Shown here: positions 39,150 through 55,365 of the stretch, one piece after another
Numbering within the stretch: the first letter of the stretch is position 1
Layout: every line of letters starts with the position of its first letter
Source: the human T2T-CHM13v2.0 reference genome, Homo sapiens
Length of the DNA stretch: 64,000 bases
Reading direction: 5' to 3' (one strand)
Assembly: GCF_009914755.1 (NCBI RefSeq)
Contig: NC_060925.1
Translations under genes and position numbers: made by a program
Notes under the pieces: model-generated
Database searches by the model: none
What the model was told of the DNA's origin: nothing
What the model saw: the letters and a program-made list of their open reading frames with translations, nothing else

Positions 39150-39700
39150 GGAGGTGGATTTCCCCACAAGGTACGGTAGCACCCCAGAGAGCAGATTGCT
39201 GGCAAGCCTGTTTGGCACCACAGTGGGTTTCCTGCTTGCCAACCTCAGCTTGTGGAATCTCAGAAACTTCCTTACCATTCAGTGGCTACAGCCACACCCT
39301 CTCCAGTGAGGTCTGAATCATAGCACGGGAGTGGGAGTTCTTTCAAATTTGTTTATCCCTTGAGTACTCTGCCTCAACTCCACATATTGGCTATGTCTGC
39401 CTAGCATTCTCTTTACTCCTTAGTAATTAATGCCATCATTAGGCAATCATTCTTCTCTCTCTTTTTTTTTTAGAGGGGCGTCACATTCTGTTGCCAAGGC
39501 TGGAGTGTAGTGGTGCAATCATGGCTCACTGCAGCTTTGAACTCCTGGGCTAGGCAATTCTCCCACCTCAGCTTCCCAAGTAGCTGGGATTACAAGCTTG
39601 AGCCACTGCTCCCAGCTCTAGGCAATAATTCTTTATATCAGGCTTTTCCTGATAAAATTACTGTGTGATCCTGCCTTCTGACTAGATCCCAACTGACATA
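39150..39700 (+). mobile_element. LTR41-like ERVL 5' LTR
   Basis: ACAGCCACACCCTCTCCAGTGAGGTCTGAATC...AATTCTTTATAT...AAATTACTGTGTG...ACTGACATA, followed directly by the ERVL/MaLR-type internal start GAATTGGTAC. Confidence 0.65.
39455..39617 (-). mobile_element. FRAM/FAM-type Alu monomer inside LTR41
   Basis: Single-arm Alu; TSD TAGGCAAT(C/A)ATTCTT. Confidence 0.8.
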
Positions 39701-39759
39701 GAATTGGTACTAAGACTGGTGCTGGGATATAGACTAGCAACGATGGTATTTATAATTTT

Positions 39760-39849
39760 TAACTAAACTTTAAAATGATAAAAAACCATTCTTAGCTCAT
39801 GAGCCATGCAAAAATAAACCGTGGGTTAGATTAGTTTGTCAACCCCTGG
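39760..39849. mobile_element. MER58-like hAT-Charlie terminal fragment
   Basis: AAAAACCATTCTTAGCTC...TAGTTTGTCAACCCCTG. Confidence 0.6.
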
Positions 39850-39864
39850 CTTGGAGATACAGTC

Positions 39865-40292
39865 TGATGTGGTTTGGATCTGTGTCCTCACCAAATCTCA
39901 TGTCAAATTGTAATCGCCTGTGTTGGAGGTGGGGCCTGGTGGGAGGTGATTGGATCATGGGGTCAAAGTTTTCATGAATAGGCTAGCACCATCCCTTAGG
40001 TGCCGTTCTTGTGATAGTGAGGGAGTGAGTTATCATGAGATCTGGTTGTTTAAAAGTATGTATCACCTCCCTCCTCTCTCTTCCTTTTGCTCCAGCCATG
40101 CAAGATGTACCAGCTTCCCCTTTGCCTTCCACCATGATTGTAAGTTTCCTGAAGCCTCCCCAGAAGCTGATGCTGCCAGACTTCCTGTACAGCCTGCAAA
40201 CTGGGTAATTTATAAAGAAAAGAAGTTTAATTGAATTAAAAAGTTAATTAACTTTTCCTTATAAATTACCAAGTCTCAGGTATTTCTTTATA
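39865..40292 (+). mobile_element. MSTA-like MaLR 5' LTR with a rearranged 3' end
   Basis: TGATGTGGTTTGGATCTGTGTCC...GGAGGTGGGGCCTGGTGGGAGGTGATTGGATCATGGGG...CCATGATTGTAAGTTTCCTGA. Confidence 0.9.
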
Positions 40293-41284
40293 TAATTTTT
40301 TGTGAGAATTGGTACCAGGAGTGGGATATTGCTATAAGGATACCTGAAAATGTGGAAGCAGCTTTGGAACTGGGTAACAGGCAGAGGTTCTAAGAATTTA
40401 GAGGGCTCAGAAGAAGATAGAAAGATGAGGGAAAATGTGGAACTTCCTAGAGACTTGTTAAATTGTTGTGACCAAAATGCTGATAGTGATATGGACAACA
40501 AAGTCCAGGCTTAAGAGGTCTCAGATGGAGATGAGGAAATTACTGGGAACTGGAGTAAAGGTCACTTTTGCTATGCTTTAGCAACGAGCTTGGCTGTATT
40601 GTGCCCCTGCTCTAGGGATCTGTGGAACTTTGAACTTGAGAGTGGTTATTTAGGGTATCTGGTGGAAGAAATTTCCAAGCCATAAAACATTCAAGATGTG
40701 GCCTGGCTGCTTCTTTTATATATATATTTATTATACTTTCAGTTCTAGGCTACATGTGCACAATGTGCAGGTTTGTTACATATGTATATATGTGCCATGT
40801 TGGTGTGCTGCACCCACTAACTTGTCATTTAACATCAGGTATATCTCCTAATGCTATCCCTCCCCCCTCCCCCCACCCCACAACAGGCCCTGGTGTGTGA
40901 TGTTCCCCTTCCTGTGTCCAAGTGTTCTCATTGTTCAATTCCCACCTATGAGTGAGAACATGCAGTGTTTGATTTTTTGTCCTTGTGATAGTTTGCTGAG
41001 AATGATGGTTTCCAGCTTCATCTATGTCCCTACAAGAGACATGAACTCATCCTTTTTCATGGCTGCATAGTATTCCATGGTGTATATGTGCCACATTTTC
41101 TTAATCCAGTCTATCATTGTTGGACATTTGGGTTGGTTCCAAGTCTTTGCTATTGTGATAGTGCTGCAGTAAACATACATGTGCATGTGTCTTTATAGCA
41201 GCATGATTTATAATCCTTTGGGTATATACCCAGTAATGGGATGGCTGGGTCAAATGATATTTCTAGTTCTAGATCCCTGAGGAA

Positions 41285-43509
<2,225 letters not shown>

Positions 43510-43669
43510 CTATTCTCTGATGGTAGTTTGTATTTCTGTGGGATTGGTGGTGATATCCCCTTTGTCATTTTTTATTGCACCTATTTGATTCTTCTCTCTT
43601 TTCTTCTTTATTAGTCTTGCTAGTGGTCTGTCAATTTTGTTGATATTTTCAAAAAACCAGCTCCTGGGT

Positions 43670-44593
<924 letters not shown>

Positions 44594-45217
44594 CTATGTG
44601 TGTCTCTGCAAGTGAGATGGGTTTCCTGAATACAGCACATTGGTGGGTCTTGACTCTTTATCCAATTTGCCAGTCTGTGTCTTTTACTTGGAACATTTAG
44701 CCCATTTCCATTTAAGGTCAATACTGTTATGTGTGAATTTGATCCTGTCATTATGTTAGCTGGTTATTTTGCTCGTTAGTTGATGCAGATTCTTCCTAGC
44801 ATCGATGGTCTTTACAATTTGGCATGTTTTTGCAGTGGCTGGTACCAGTTGTTCCTTTCCATGTCTAGTGCTTCCTTCAGGAGCTCTTGTAGGGCAGGCC
44901 TGGTGTGACAAACTCTCTCAGCATTTGCCTGTCTGTAAAGTATTTTATTTCTCCTTCACTTTTGAAGCTTAGTTTGGCTGGATATGAAATTCTGTCCGTT
45001 CTCAGATCTCAAACTCCATGCTGGGAGAACCACTACTCTCTTCAAAGCTGTCAGACAGGGACATTTAAGTCTGCAGAGGTTTCTGCTGCCTTTTGTTTGG
45101 CTATGCCCTGCCCCCAGAGGTGGAGTCTACAGAGGCAGGCAGGCCTCCTTGAGCTCCAGTGGGCTCCACCTAGTTTGAGCTTCCCGGCCACTTTGTTTAC
45201 CTACTCAAGCCTCAGCA

Positions 45218-45562
45218 ATGGCGGATTCTCCTCCCCGAGCCTCACTGCCACCTTGCAGTTCGATCTGAGACTGCTGTGCTAGCAATGAGCAAGGCTCCGT
45301 GGGCATGGGACCCTCCGAGCCATGCGTGGGATATAATCTCCTGGTGTGCCATTTGCTAAGACCATTGGAAAAGTGCAGTATTAGGGAGGGAGTGACCCGA
45401 ATTTCCAGGTGCCATCTGTCACAGCTTTGCTTGGCTATGAAAGGGAATTCCCTGACCCCTTGCGCTTCCTGGGTGAGGCGATGCCTCACCTTGCTTTGGC
45501 TCACACTTGGTGGGCTGCACTCACTGTCCTGCACCCACTGTCCAACAAGCCCAGTGAGATGA
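45218..45562 (+). pseudogene. L1 ORF0 homologue (antisense in the 5'UTR), with a nonsense codon at position 17
   Basis: ATG at 45218 reads MADSPPRASLPPCSSI*DCCASNEQGSVGMGPSEPCVGYNLLV...GVTRISRC, colinear with the recalled L1HS ORF0 (MAGAPPPASLPPCSLISDCCASNQRDSVGVGPSEPG...). TGA at 45266-45268. Confidence 0.8.
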
Positions 45563-46299
45563 ACCCGGTACCTCAGCTGGAAATGCAGAAATCACCTGTC
45601 TTCTGCATCGCTCACGCTGGAAGCTGTAGACTGGAGCTGTTCCTATTTGGCCATCTTGGAACTGCTCCCCCAGCCTGGCTGCTTCTAACAACCTATGCTC
45701 ACATGATTGATCAGAGAAATGACCTGAAACTGGAACTTATATTTAAAAGGGAAGCAGAGTGTAAAAGTTTGGAAAATTTGCAGCCTGGCTATGTGGTAGA
45801 AAAGAAAAACCCATTTTCAGGGGAGGAGTTCAAGCAGGCTACAGAAATTTGCATAGGTAAAGAGGAGCCAATTGCTAATAGCCAAGACAATGGGGAAAGG
45901 GCCTCAAAGGCATTTCAGAGACCTTTGAGGCAGCCCCTCCTATCACAGTCCCAGAGGCCTAGGAAGACAGAATGGTTTAATGGGCTAGGCCCAGGGCTCC
46001 CGCTGCCCTGCACAGCCTCAGGATACTACTCCCTGCATTCCAGTCACTCCAGCTCCCGCTGTGGCTCAAGGGAGCCCAGGTGCAGCTTGGGTTGCTGCTT
46101 CAGAGGTTGTAAGCCATAAGCCTTGGTGGCTTCCAAGTGGTATTAAGCCTGTATGTGTGTAGAGTGCAAGAGTTGAGGCTTGGGAGCCTCTGCCTAAATT
46201 TCAGAGGAGGTATGGAAAAGCCTGGATGTCCAGGCAAAAGGCTGCTGCAGGCAGTGTGGAGGGGAAATGTGGGGTTGGGGTCCCTTGAGCACTAATACA

Positions 46300-47630
46300 C
46301 TGCCCATTGGAGAAAAGGAAATACCCAGAGCTTTTAGGGATTACTGGATACTGGCTATGAATTGATGACAAATCCTGAGGACCCAACATACCACTGTGGT
46401 CCATGAATCAAAATGTGGATTACAATGGCCAGCAGATGGATGGAGCCTTATTTCAAATTCATCTCACAAAAGGTCAAGTCAGTTATTTCCTTTGTTTCTG
46501 AAAGCCCAATTGGAATAGACATACAGAGAAGCTGGTGGAATTCCCACTTAGGCTCTCTGACCCATGAGGTGATGATACTATGGTAGGAAGGGCTAGGTAG
46601 ATGGCCCTGGAACTTTCCCTCCCTAGAAAGATAGTAAACTTGAAGTGATTATACTTCCCTGGGGGGAAGAGGGATTGTGAAGATTAATACCACTGCAAAC
46701 TGGAAAGAAGCAGGGATGCTTCTCAATAGAGGCATTATTAATCCAATTGACTTGCTCAGAAGTTAGATGGGTCTTAGAGAATGACTGTGGAAGGTTGTAA
46801 ACTTAATCAGGTGGTTACTCCAATTGCAGCTACTTTTCTAGATATATTCTTTTTGCTGAAGCAAATATGTATGGCCTCTGGCAGTTGGAATGCAACTACT
46901 GACCTGCTTAATGCCTTTTCTCTATACCAATTTTGTAAGAACCACTAGAAGTGTTTCTTTTTTTTTTTTTTTAACCTGGCAAGACCAATAGTGCACTGTC
47001 AGAATCTTGCCTAAGGACTAAGGGGAGAATTCCTCCCTAAGTGGGGCTGACAGCTTTCCTGCTATCTCTCATTGCATAGTCTGATGAGATCTTGGCTGTT
47101 TTGACATTCCACAAAACATCACTACATTGGTCTACTACATTGATGACATTATGCTGATTTGATCTGATGAGAAGGATAACTAAGGATAAGAAGTAAATCC
47201 TACCAAAATCCAGTAGTTGGCTACCTCAGTGAAGTTTCTGGGGCTTTAATGGTCTGAAGTATGTTGAGATATCTCCTTCTGGCAGAAAGACAAGTCCCTG
47301 CACCTTACATTACCTGTCACGAAAAAAGAGGCACAATGCTTCCTAGGCCTTTTGGATCTTGGAGGCAACATATACCATATTCGAATGTGCAACTTTGATC
47401 CAACAACAGGGTCAATCACCAATTCTAAGTGGAAAATATAGGAAGGGAAGTCTCTGTAGCAATTCTAGGCTGCAGTGCAAACTGTTTTACCCCTTTGGCC
47501 TTATGAGATAACAGTTCCAACAACACTCAAAGCATCTGTGGCCAAAAAGGATGCTGTTTGGAGCCTCTGGCCAGCACCAGTTGGAGAATCACACTGCAGA
47601 TTTCCAGGATTTTGTGGCAAATCTACGCCC
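46300..47630 (+). pseudogene. Decayed ERVL internal pro/pol remnant
   Basis: GGATTACTGGATACTGGC = GLLDTG protease motif (DTG at 46347-46355). RMTV..KLNQVVTPIAA near 46.78-46.83 kb. TACATTGATGAC = YIDD RT motif at 47136-47147. Many stops and frameshifts. Confidence 0.88.
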
Positions 47631-47734
47631 AGTGCCTGAGGTGGCCTCTCCTGACTCCCTGCTGTGTGGCACTACCCTGCAGGTGTAGGTGCAAAGGGCA
47701 GGGCCAGGGAACTTGTGCTGTTGGGGCAGAGCAG

Positions 47735-47900
47735 CCTACTGGTTAGGACTACTGAGTTTCAGATGGCTGGTGGAGAGTTCGAGTTCCAACTCTGTCACTC
47801 ACTAGCTGTGTGTCCTTATACAAGTTACTTTACCTGTCTGTGCCATGTTTTTCCATCTGTAGAGTAGGGGCTAGGAGCTTCACACTGTAGGGCTATTGCA
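47735..47900 (+). mobile_element. MIR (first copy of a local duplication)
   Basis: CACTCACTAGCTGTGTGTCCTT..ACAAGTTACTT. Confidence 0.7.
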
Positions 47901-48189
47901 GAGATTGTCCTTGTAGAGCCACACTTTAAGCAGGCTTTGTTCTAGGTGCTCTGTTTAATCAACTCAATATTCCTCAAGGGCCATTATGAAGGAGGCACTA
48001 TTATTCTTCTCAGTTTTAGATAGGTACACTGGGCACAGAGCTGTTAGGTAACTCCCCCTGGATCCAAAGGTGTGAGTGGAGGAGCTGGTCCTGGAACCCA
48101 GACCAGATGGATCCAGAATCTTTGATCTCAAATACTGGGCTATAAAATGCACATAGGGACTTCATATGGGGCCTGGACCACCCTAAGCC

Positions 48190-48376
48190 AATTTCTTCAA
48201 GAATGGTCTGCCAGAATTACCTAGGTTGACGAGGGTATTTTCTGTTTAAAATACAAATTCCTTGCCCCCACTGCATACTAAGTCAGAATCTCTGGGTGGA
48301 GCCTGGGAGCCTGCATTTTGATCCCCCTCACCCCACAGCAGGTGATTTTTCAGCAAACTAAAGACAGAGAACCAAG
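48190..48376. mobile_element. MER5-like DNA transposon
   Basis: TAAAATACAAATTCC...TCAGAATCTCTGGG...CTGCATTTT...CAGGTGAT...GAGAACCA. Confidence 0.6.
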
Positions 48377-48582
48377 GACCAAGGGTGCAATGAAATAGAT
48401 TATGTTTTCATCTCATGCATTTCCAGCTACAAAGCTGAAGCTCTGGGCTCTAGAATAAGCCCTGCTGCAAACAACCTGCAGTATTGACTTAGATGGGTTA
48501 CCTGCATTGCCTTGTCTCAGTTTTCCTATCTGTGCAGTGTGGATCTTGGTCCCCACTCTGCCCACCTTGCAGGAGGTGATGA

Positions 48583-48935
<353 letters not shown>

Positions 48936-50996
48936 AACTCACTAGCTATGTGTCTTTATGCAGTCACTTTACTTTTCTGTGACACATTTCCTCATCTGAA
49001 GAGTGGGGCTAGGAGCTCTACATTGTAGGGCTGTTGCAAAGCTTGTCATTACAAAGCCACATTTTGTGCAGGCGTTATTGTCAGATGTCCTTGGGTAACA
49101 GGGCAGGCACCAGAGTCACTCTGACTGGAGACTGGATGCCAGTGCTGTTGTAGCTGACGCCACTGACCATGTCACGTGCCCTCTGAGCCTCAGTTTCCTC
49201 ATCCATAAGATGGATATCATAATCCCTACCCTACATTGGTTATGATGATATTTAATAAGGCAGCAGATATGAGAGCCCAGGGAACACAAATCCCTGTCCC
49301 TCCATAAAATATAATTTATTATGTATTTTATCTGTTCTAGTTTCCAAAACTTCCAAGGACATCCAACACCCACAGGTAACTCTCATTCCAGAGTTTTGCT
49401 GAGGCTAAGATTGAATCAGAAAGGTATCTTTCTCCCTCTCTTTTCCCAACTCAGTGAGAGCAGGATGAGGAGCTGAAATAACCGCCCAGGCACTGCTGGG
49501 ATAGAAACCACAGCTGAACAGAAACAGCAGCCTTAGATTTTCTTAAAGTTGAGTGGTGTCTGATGAGCTGCAATTAGCCTCATTTTCCAGGTGTGTCCTA
49601 CAATAACCTAAAGGCATAAACTCTGTCCCTTCCCTCTACTTCACCCCTCCCAAGCCTGACCCTGGCCCTGGGCCCTGAGGGCCAGCAAGCCCAGTGATCT
49701 GCCTCCTCCCACATTTTCTGCTCGCTCGGTCATGGAGGAGGGAGGGACAGAGTTCACTAGAAGTGGCAGGACCCCAGCTCTGCTCTCTGGGTTTGTTACA
49801 AAAGAGGTGACCGAGGGTCATCCCAAAATGCCTCAGTTTCCCCAAGTTTGTCTTTGGAAGGGCAAAGAGGGAACAGCTTAGAGATGCCTTGGCTGGAAAG
49901 GCAGTCTAGGCTTACTGACTGACCAGCTGTCCTCAGAGATGTCCCCATCCCAGCCCTGCCTCCTTTGGCCCCTGGAGTCATTGGCACAGCCAGGAGCACA
50001 GTGTCCTTACCCTCTCTATACCCCTCTTTCACATAAGCCGGGAGGAGTCTTGGTCGGCCGGATTCTGGGCTCTCCGCCTGCAAAGGCCGAGTCTGAGTGG
50101 TCACCTGGAGAGGAGGGAGGGGCCAGGCTTTGGAGCAGGGCCCCTGAGATCTAACCCTGGGCAGCTCCAGGATTCCAGCACAGGAGATCCTGGGGGATGC
50201 CTGGGGGAAGCCAGAGCTCTTGTCTTGAAGCTATGTTTTACCTTAGGCAATGAATTTATTTAAGAAGGCTTGTGGGGGGAGAATGATGAAGGTTATTGGG
50301 GTGTTCTGAGGCTTATATCAGGCCTTGGGGCCCACTGGTTGGCATCCTGACTCTACCATGTCCCAGCTGCGTAACCTCAGTTCTGTAACTCCACCTGTCT
50401 GATATTTGACTTCTTCTGTCAAATGGGACTGGCAATGGCCACTGCACAGGACTGGGGTAGATGCAATGAGATGTCTGCCAAAGGCCAGGTAAAGAGCCAG
50501 GCCCATGGTGGTCACCAGAGGGTGGCCGGTCACAGTCATCATGGTCTGTGGCTGCAGTGACTCCTGGACCCCAACCAGAGTTCTCTGGACAGAAAAAGTG
50601 GAGTTTATGTGCAAAATTTATGTGCAAAGGGGCTGACAGGCTGTGAAGATGCAGGTAACATCTGCCTTTCTGGAAAATTCCTGACCTGGGCAACAATCTC
50701 AATACTGACCAGTCCTGACATCTCCACAGTGAGGAGGGCACACCTGTTCGCAGTTACCTGGCTGGGGTGGGGCTGGGGCGGTCGGTCAGGGGGAGAGCAT
50801 GTGACTCAGCGGAGGAAAACACAAACCACAGAGCAGCCTTTTAGCTCGTACTGTTTGCTTTGAGATGATTCTGAAAGTAATGCATAAAGAGGAAAGTATC
50901 AGTTGCCCGAAATCCTACTCCTTAGAGATGACCATTGTTTATATTATGGCCATTGTGAATATATTTTAAGTTTTCTTCTATGCACATGACTATAAA

Positions 50997-51355
50997 TCAA
51001 GTTCCTGTTTGTCTGTGATCCCAGCAGGTGAAAATGGCTCTGTAGGTTTTCATCAAATTTGGAGGCTTCATTTGGATGATCTGACTTGAAAGCAGTGAGG
51101 CCTCCTCAAAATTCACTGGTGTGGGGCATGGGGCATCACAAAGAATTAACAGCCACCAAGAAGTGCAACTGAAACTAGGGACCAGAGAAGCCTGTGAGGC
51201 TGGTCTCGACCTGCCATCCATATCAGATGCAATGGATGGAGAGAACAGATGGAAAGATGGAAGCTTCACCTGCCACCTGCCATGAGTCACAGGGGCAGGT
51301 GCACTGACTTATGATCAAGCGGCTTCTTGCCCAGGCAACTCCACGCAAATAGGCA
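50997..51355 (+). mobile_element. Possible non-autonomous mammalian Helitron fossil
   Basis: Begins A|TCAAGTTCCTGTTTGTCT and contains TTTTCATCAAATTTGGAGG and TCTGACTT, resembling my recollection of HelitronNa_Mam consensus; degenerate GCCCAGGCAAC near the end. Confidence 0.45.
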
Positions 51356-51649
51356 GCAGCAGGGAGATATTTATCCAGGCACAGTTGATTAAGCTCCTGA
51401 GCAATGCAGGGGCAGCCACCTGCTGCCAATGTGTGTGCGTGAGTGTGCACATACCCGTGTAAGTACGATTTTTAATTGGGGTCATCCTGCACATACAACT
51501 TTAAGTCCTTTCCCCCTTCTCCTTTTGTCATAAGTGTTTGCTCCACATTATTCAATGTGGGCAGGAATTGAGTTTTGCATCCTAGGCACTGGCCGCAAGT
51601 AGGAGGTTGGGAACCTGGTGTCTGCTGAGTGCCACACCATCATCAATGA

Positions 51650-51850
51650 CAGTGAGCACATGTCACACGCACTGTATACCAGGCCCTGTCTCAGATGCTT
51701 TACATTGGTGTATCAGCCTCATCCCTATTCTACAGCTGAGGAAATTCAGGCCCAGGGGGTTAAATAGCTTCCCCAGGGCCACACAGCCAGGGAGTAGCAG
51801 AGCCAGGATCTGAATCCAGCTGTCTGGCTGCAGGGCTCCTATAGACTGCA
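51650..51850 (-). mobile_element. MIR
   Basis: ATCCCTATTCTACAGCTGAGGAAATTCAGGCCCAG...GCCACACAGC. Confidence 0.7.
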
Positions 51851-52129
51851 CACCTGCTGCACGCTGGAATCTTTCGATAAACAGCATCCTCTTAGTCTTT
51901 ACAGACTTACTGCAAAGTAGATGGCAGGTGAAAAAACATAAAAATCTTAACACTTCCAGTATTTTTTTTTTTTTTTACAAATCAAGAGGGAATAGGGAAA
52001 GATTATGACATAAGAACCCCGGGAAGCACGTGCTAGTGCTATTATGATCTACTCAGCATGGTGGCTCCTCTGGGTCCAGCTCTCTTTGGCTTCCTCCTGT
52101 GAGCCTGAAGCTGGAATTGTCCTTTAAAA

Positions 52130-53050
<921 letters not shown>

Positions 53051-53054
53051 ATTT

Positions 53055-53215
53055 CTTGGATATTCTAAGCATATTAATTCATTTAATCCTCGCAACAACC
53101 CTGTAACATAGGTACTATTATTATCGTATCATTTTATAGATAAGCAAACTGTGGGCTGAAGAATGCGTGACAGTAATTGGTGGTGCCAGGATTTGGACCC
53201 AGGCAGCAGTCCCTG
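53055..53215 (-). mobile_element. MIR
   Basis: ATTCATTTAATCCTCGCAACAACCCTGT...TAGGTACTATTATTATC...ATTTTATAGAT. Confidence 0.8.
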
Positions 53216-54279
53216 AGCTGCTCCATTTCCGGGTGCACAAGCTGGGGAGGCAGGTCCTGAGTGTTCATCCCTTCCTCCAGGACCCCTCTGACAGCGTTGA
53301 GAGTTTGGTTTTATGTCAAGTGGGTGTGGCTGGTGTAATGAGAATGGTAACAGTGGGGGATTTCCATTTTGAGAAAAGACCAGGAGAGAGAGAGCCCTGG
53401 CACCCGGTGGGTGGGCTCTGTGCCAGGGGCAGCTTTGGAGAGGTCAGGCAGTGGGGACGTGCTTCCCAGCTCAGCCCCAAAGGCTGCTGCCCTCACCAGG
53501 CCTGTGGAGCTGTTGGCTATTGCTACGTTAGGGGAGATTCTGTCCTCTAGACTCTCCTCTTCATCAAAACCTCCTTCATCAGGTCTCTTTACCGACTGCT
53601 GCCTCCAGCGCTCACCTAGGCTTACCTGTGGCCAATACCTGGCATAGCAGCTCTTACCTTGGAGGCTCCAGGCCCAGCATCTCCCAGGAGGACTGGCTGT
53701 GCCTTAGGGCTGTAGAGAAGGCACCACTGTGGAGGGAACTGTGGGTAGCCTGGGCATCTGTGGGGACCAGCGTGGTGCTCTGGGCCCTATTCCTCAAAGG
53801 GGAGAGTGAACATTAAGGACAGAGAGTCACCCATCTGAGCCTGTGAGTGGCAGAGCTGGGTTCTCTACAGACATGTCCCCTGGGCAGAGCGAAACAACCA
53901 TAGGAGGTTCTGAGCAGCCAAGTGGGCACTCCCTGGGAGGTCTGCTTCATCCCGGGCCCGCCATGCTCACTACCATTGGTGTGCTGGGCACAGGTTCTCA
54001 TAAATTCTCCCAGGAATCTTTGGAGGTGAGGACCATGACCTCCAATGACAGAGGAGGAAACTGAGGCCCAAAGAGGGGAGGTGACTCCTCCAAGAAGGCA
54101 CAGCAAGTAGAAAGGGAGCCAGGATTTGACCCTGGGCCTGCTGGATTATAGGGACTGTGTCCTCCCTTGAGCCCTGGCTGGGATGCACTGGGCAGGTGGT
54201 CCAGCTGGCATTGGTCATTTGCAGGACAAATGGGGGTGGGGAGAGGAGGGAACTCACAGCATCTGAGCACCCACCAGGT

Positions 54280-54555
54280 CTTCGCTCAGCTGTCACCTCC
54301 TCAGGGAAGCCCTGGTGACCTTGGCTATAATGCCATGCCTCGGCATCACTCTTTTGTTCAACCCTCCTTCGTGTGCCTTCATAGCACACACATCCCCATG
54401 TCACAGCCCCGGCACTGCATGGCGTTGTCTGTCTCCCTCTACTCTGAGATCCACGAGGCTCATTTTGCTCAGGGTTGTGTCCCCAGGTTCGTGTCCCCAG
54501 GGCCTGGAACCGTGCCTGGCTCAGAATAGATGCTCAATGAATTTGAATGAATAAA
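54280..54555 (+). mobile_element. L2 3' end
   Basis: CCCCAGGGCCTGGAACCGTGCCTGGCTCAGAATAGATGCTCAATGAATTTGAATGAATAAA. Confidence 0.75.
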
Positions 54556-55149
54556 GAACCAGAAACATTCCTCGCCATCTCTCCTTGGATCCTGTCACCA
54601 ACCCTGCCGGGTAATCCCCATGTTACAGATGAGGAAAGAGAGACCAGGGAAGTAACCTGACTTGCCCAAGGCTACCGTTTGCATTGTGTGCTGGAGCCAG
54701 GATTCAAACTCCCAAACCAGGGCTCCTTCCCCTCCTTCTGGAAATCAGGACCACCACATGAGGGGATACCCTGGGCAGGAGGGCAGGATGAAGCATCTGG
54801 GGCTGGTAGGACTCCTGAGAACCTAGCCCCGGGCAGAAGCAGGAGCTCCAGAGCCGCTTCCCAGGCTGCTGAGAAGTCCCTCCTGCCCTAGTGTTTTCAA
54901 AATAGAAGGTTCCTTGGCAGCACTGTTCAAAGGGGATGGGGGAGTTCAAAGCAAACAGATCCCAGATTGCAGAGTCCTGAGCTCTGTTTGCAAAGACACT
55001 GCACACCTTGGGGACTCAGTCAGAGGGAGGGAGTGATCAGCACAGCCAGCGGCCGAGTCAGCCTGCCAAGCAGGGCCAGGCTGAGCATGACAGGAGATGT
55101 TAGACTCCTGCAGGGCAGGGATAGAGTTAGGGTTGGAGGACACTGAGGC

Positions 55150-55365
55150 TGTGGGTGCAGAATGAACAGTAGGGCTGATCTCATGTGGAGCTGGGTTTAA
55201 ATCCCCATTCTGCCACCCACCAGGTTTGTGTTGCTGGGTAGGTTTCTTCATATCTCCAAGCCTCAGTTTCTCTATCTGTAAAATGGGGAATCTTCCTGAG
55301 ACTGTCATAAGAAGTAAGGGAATGTAGGTTAAAGAGCCTGGTATGTAGGAGTCTCTCAGTAAATC
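55150..55365 (+). mobile_element. MIR
   Basis: GCCTCAGTTTCTCTATCTGTAAAATGGGGA. Confidence 0.75.
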
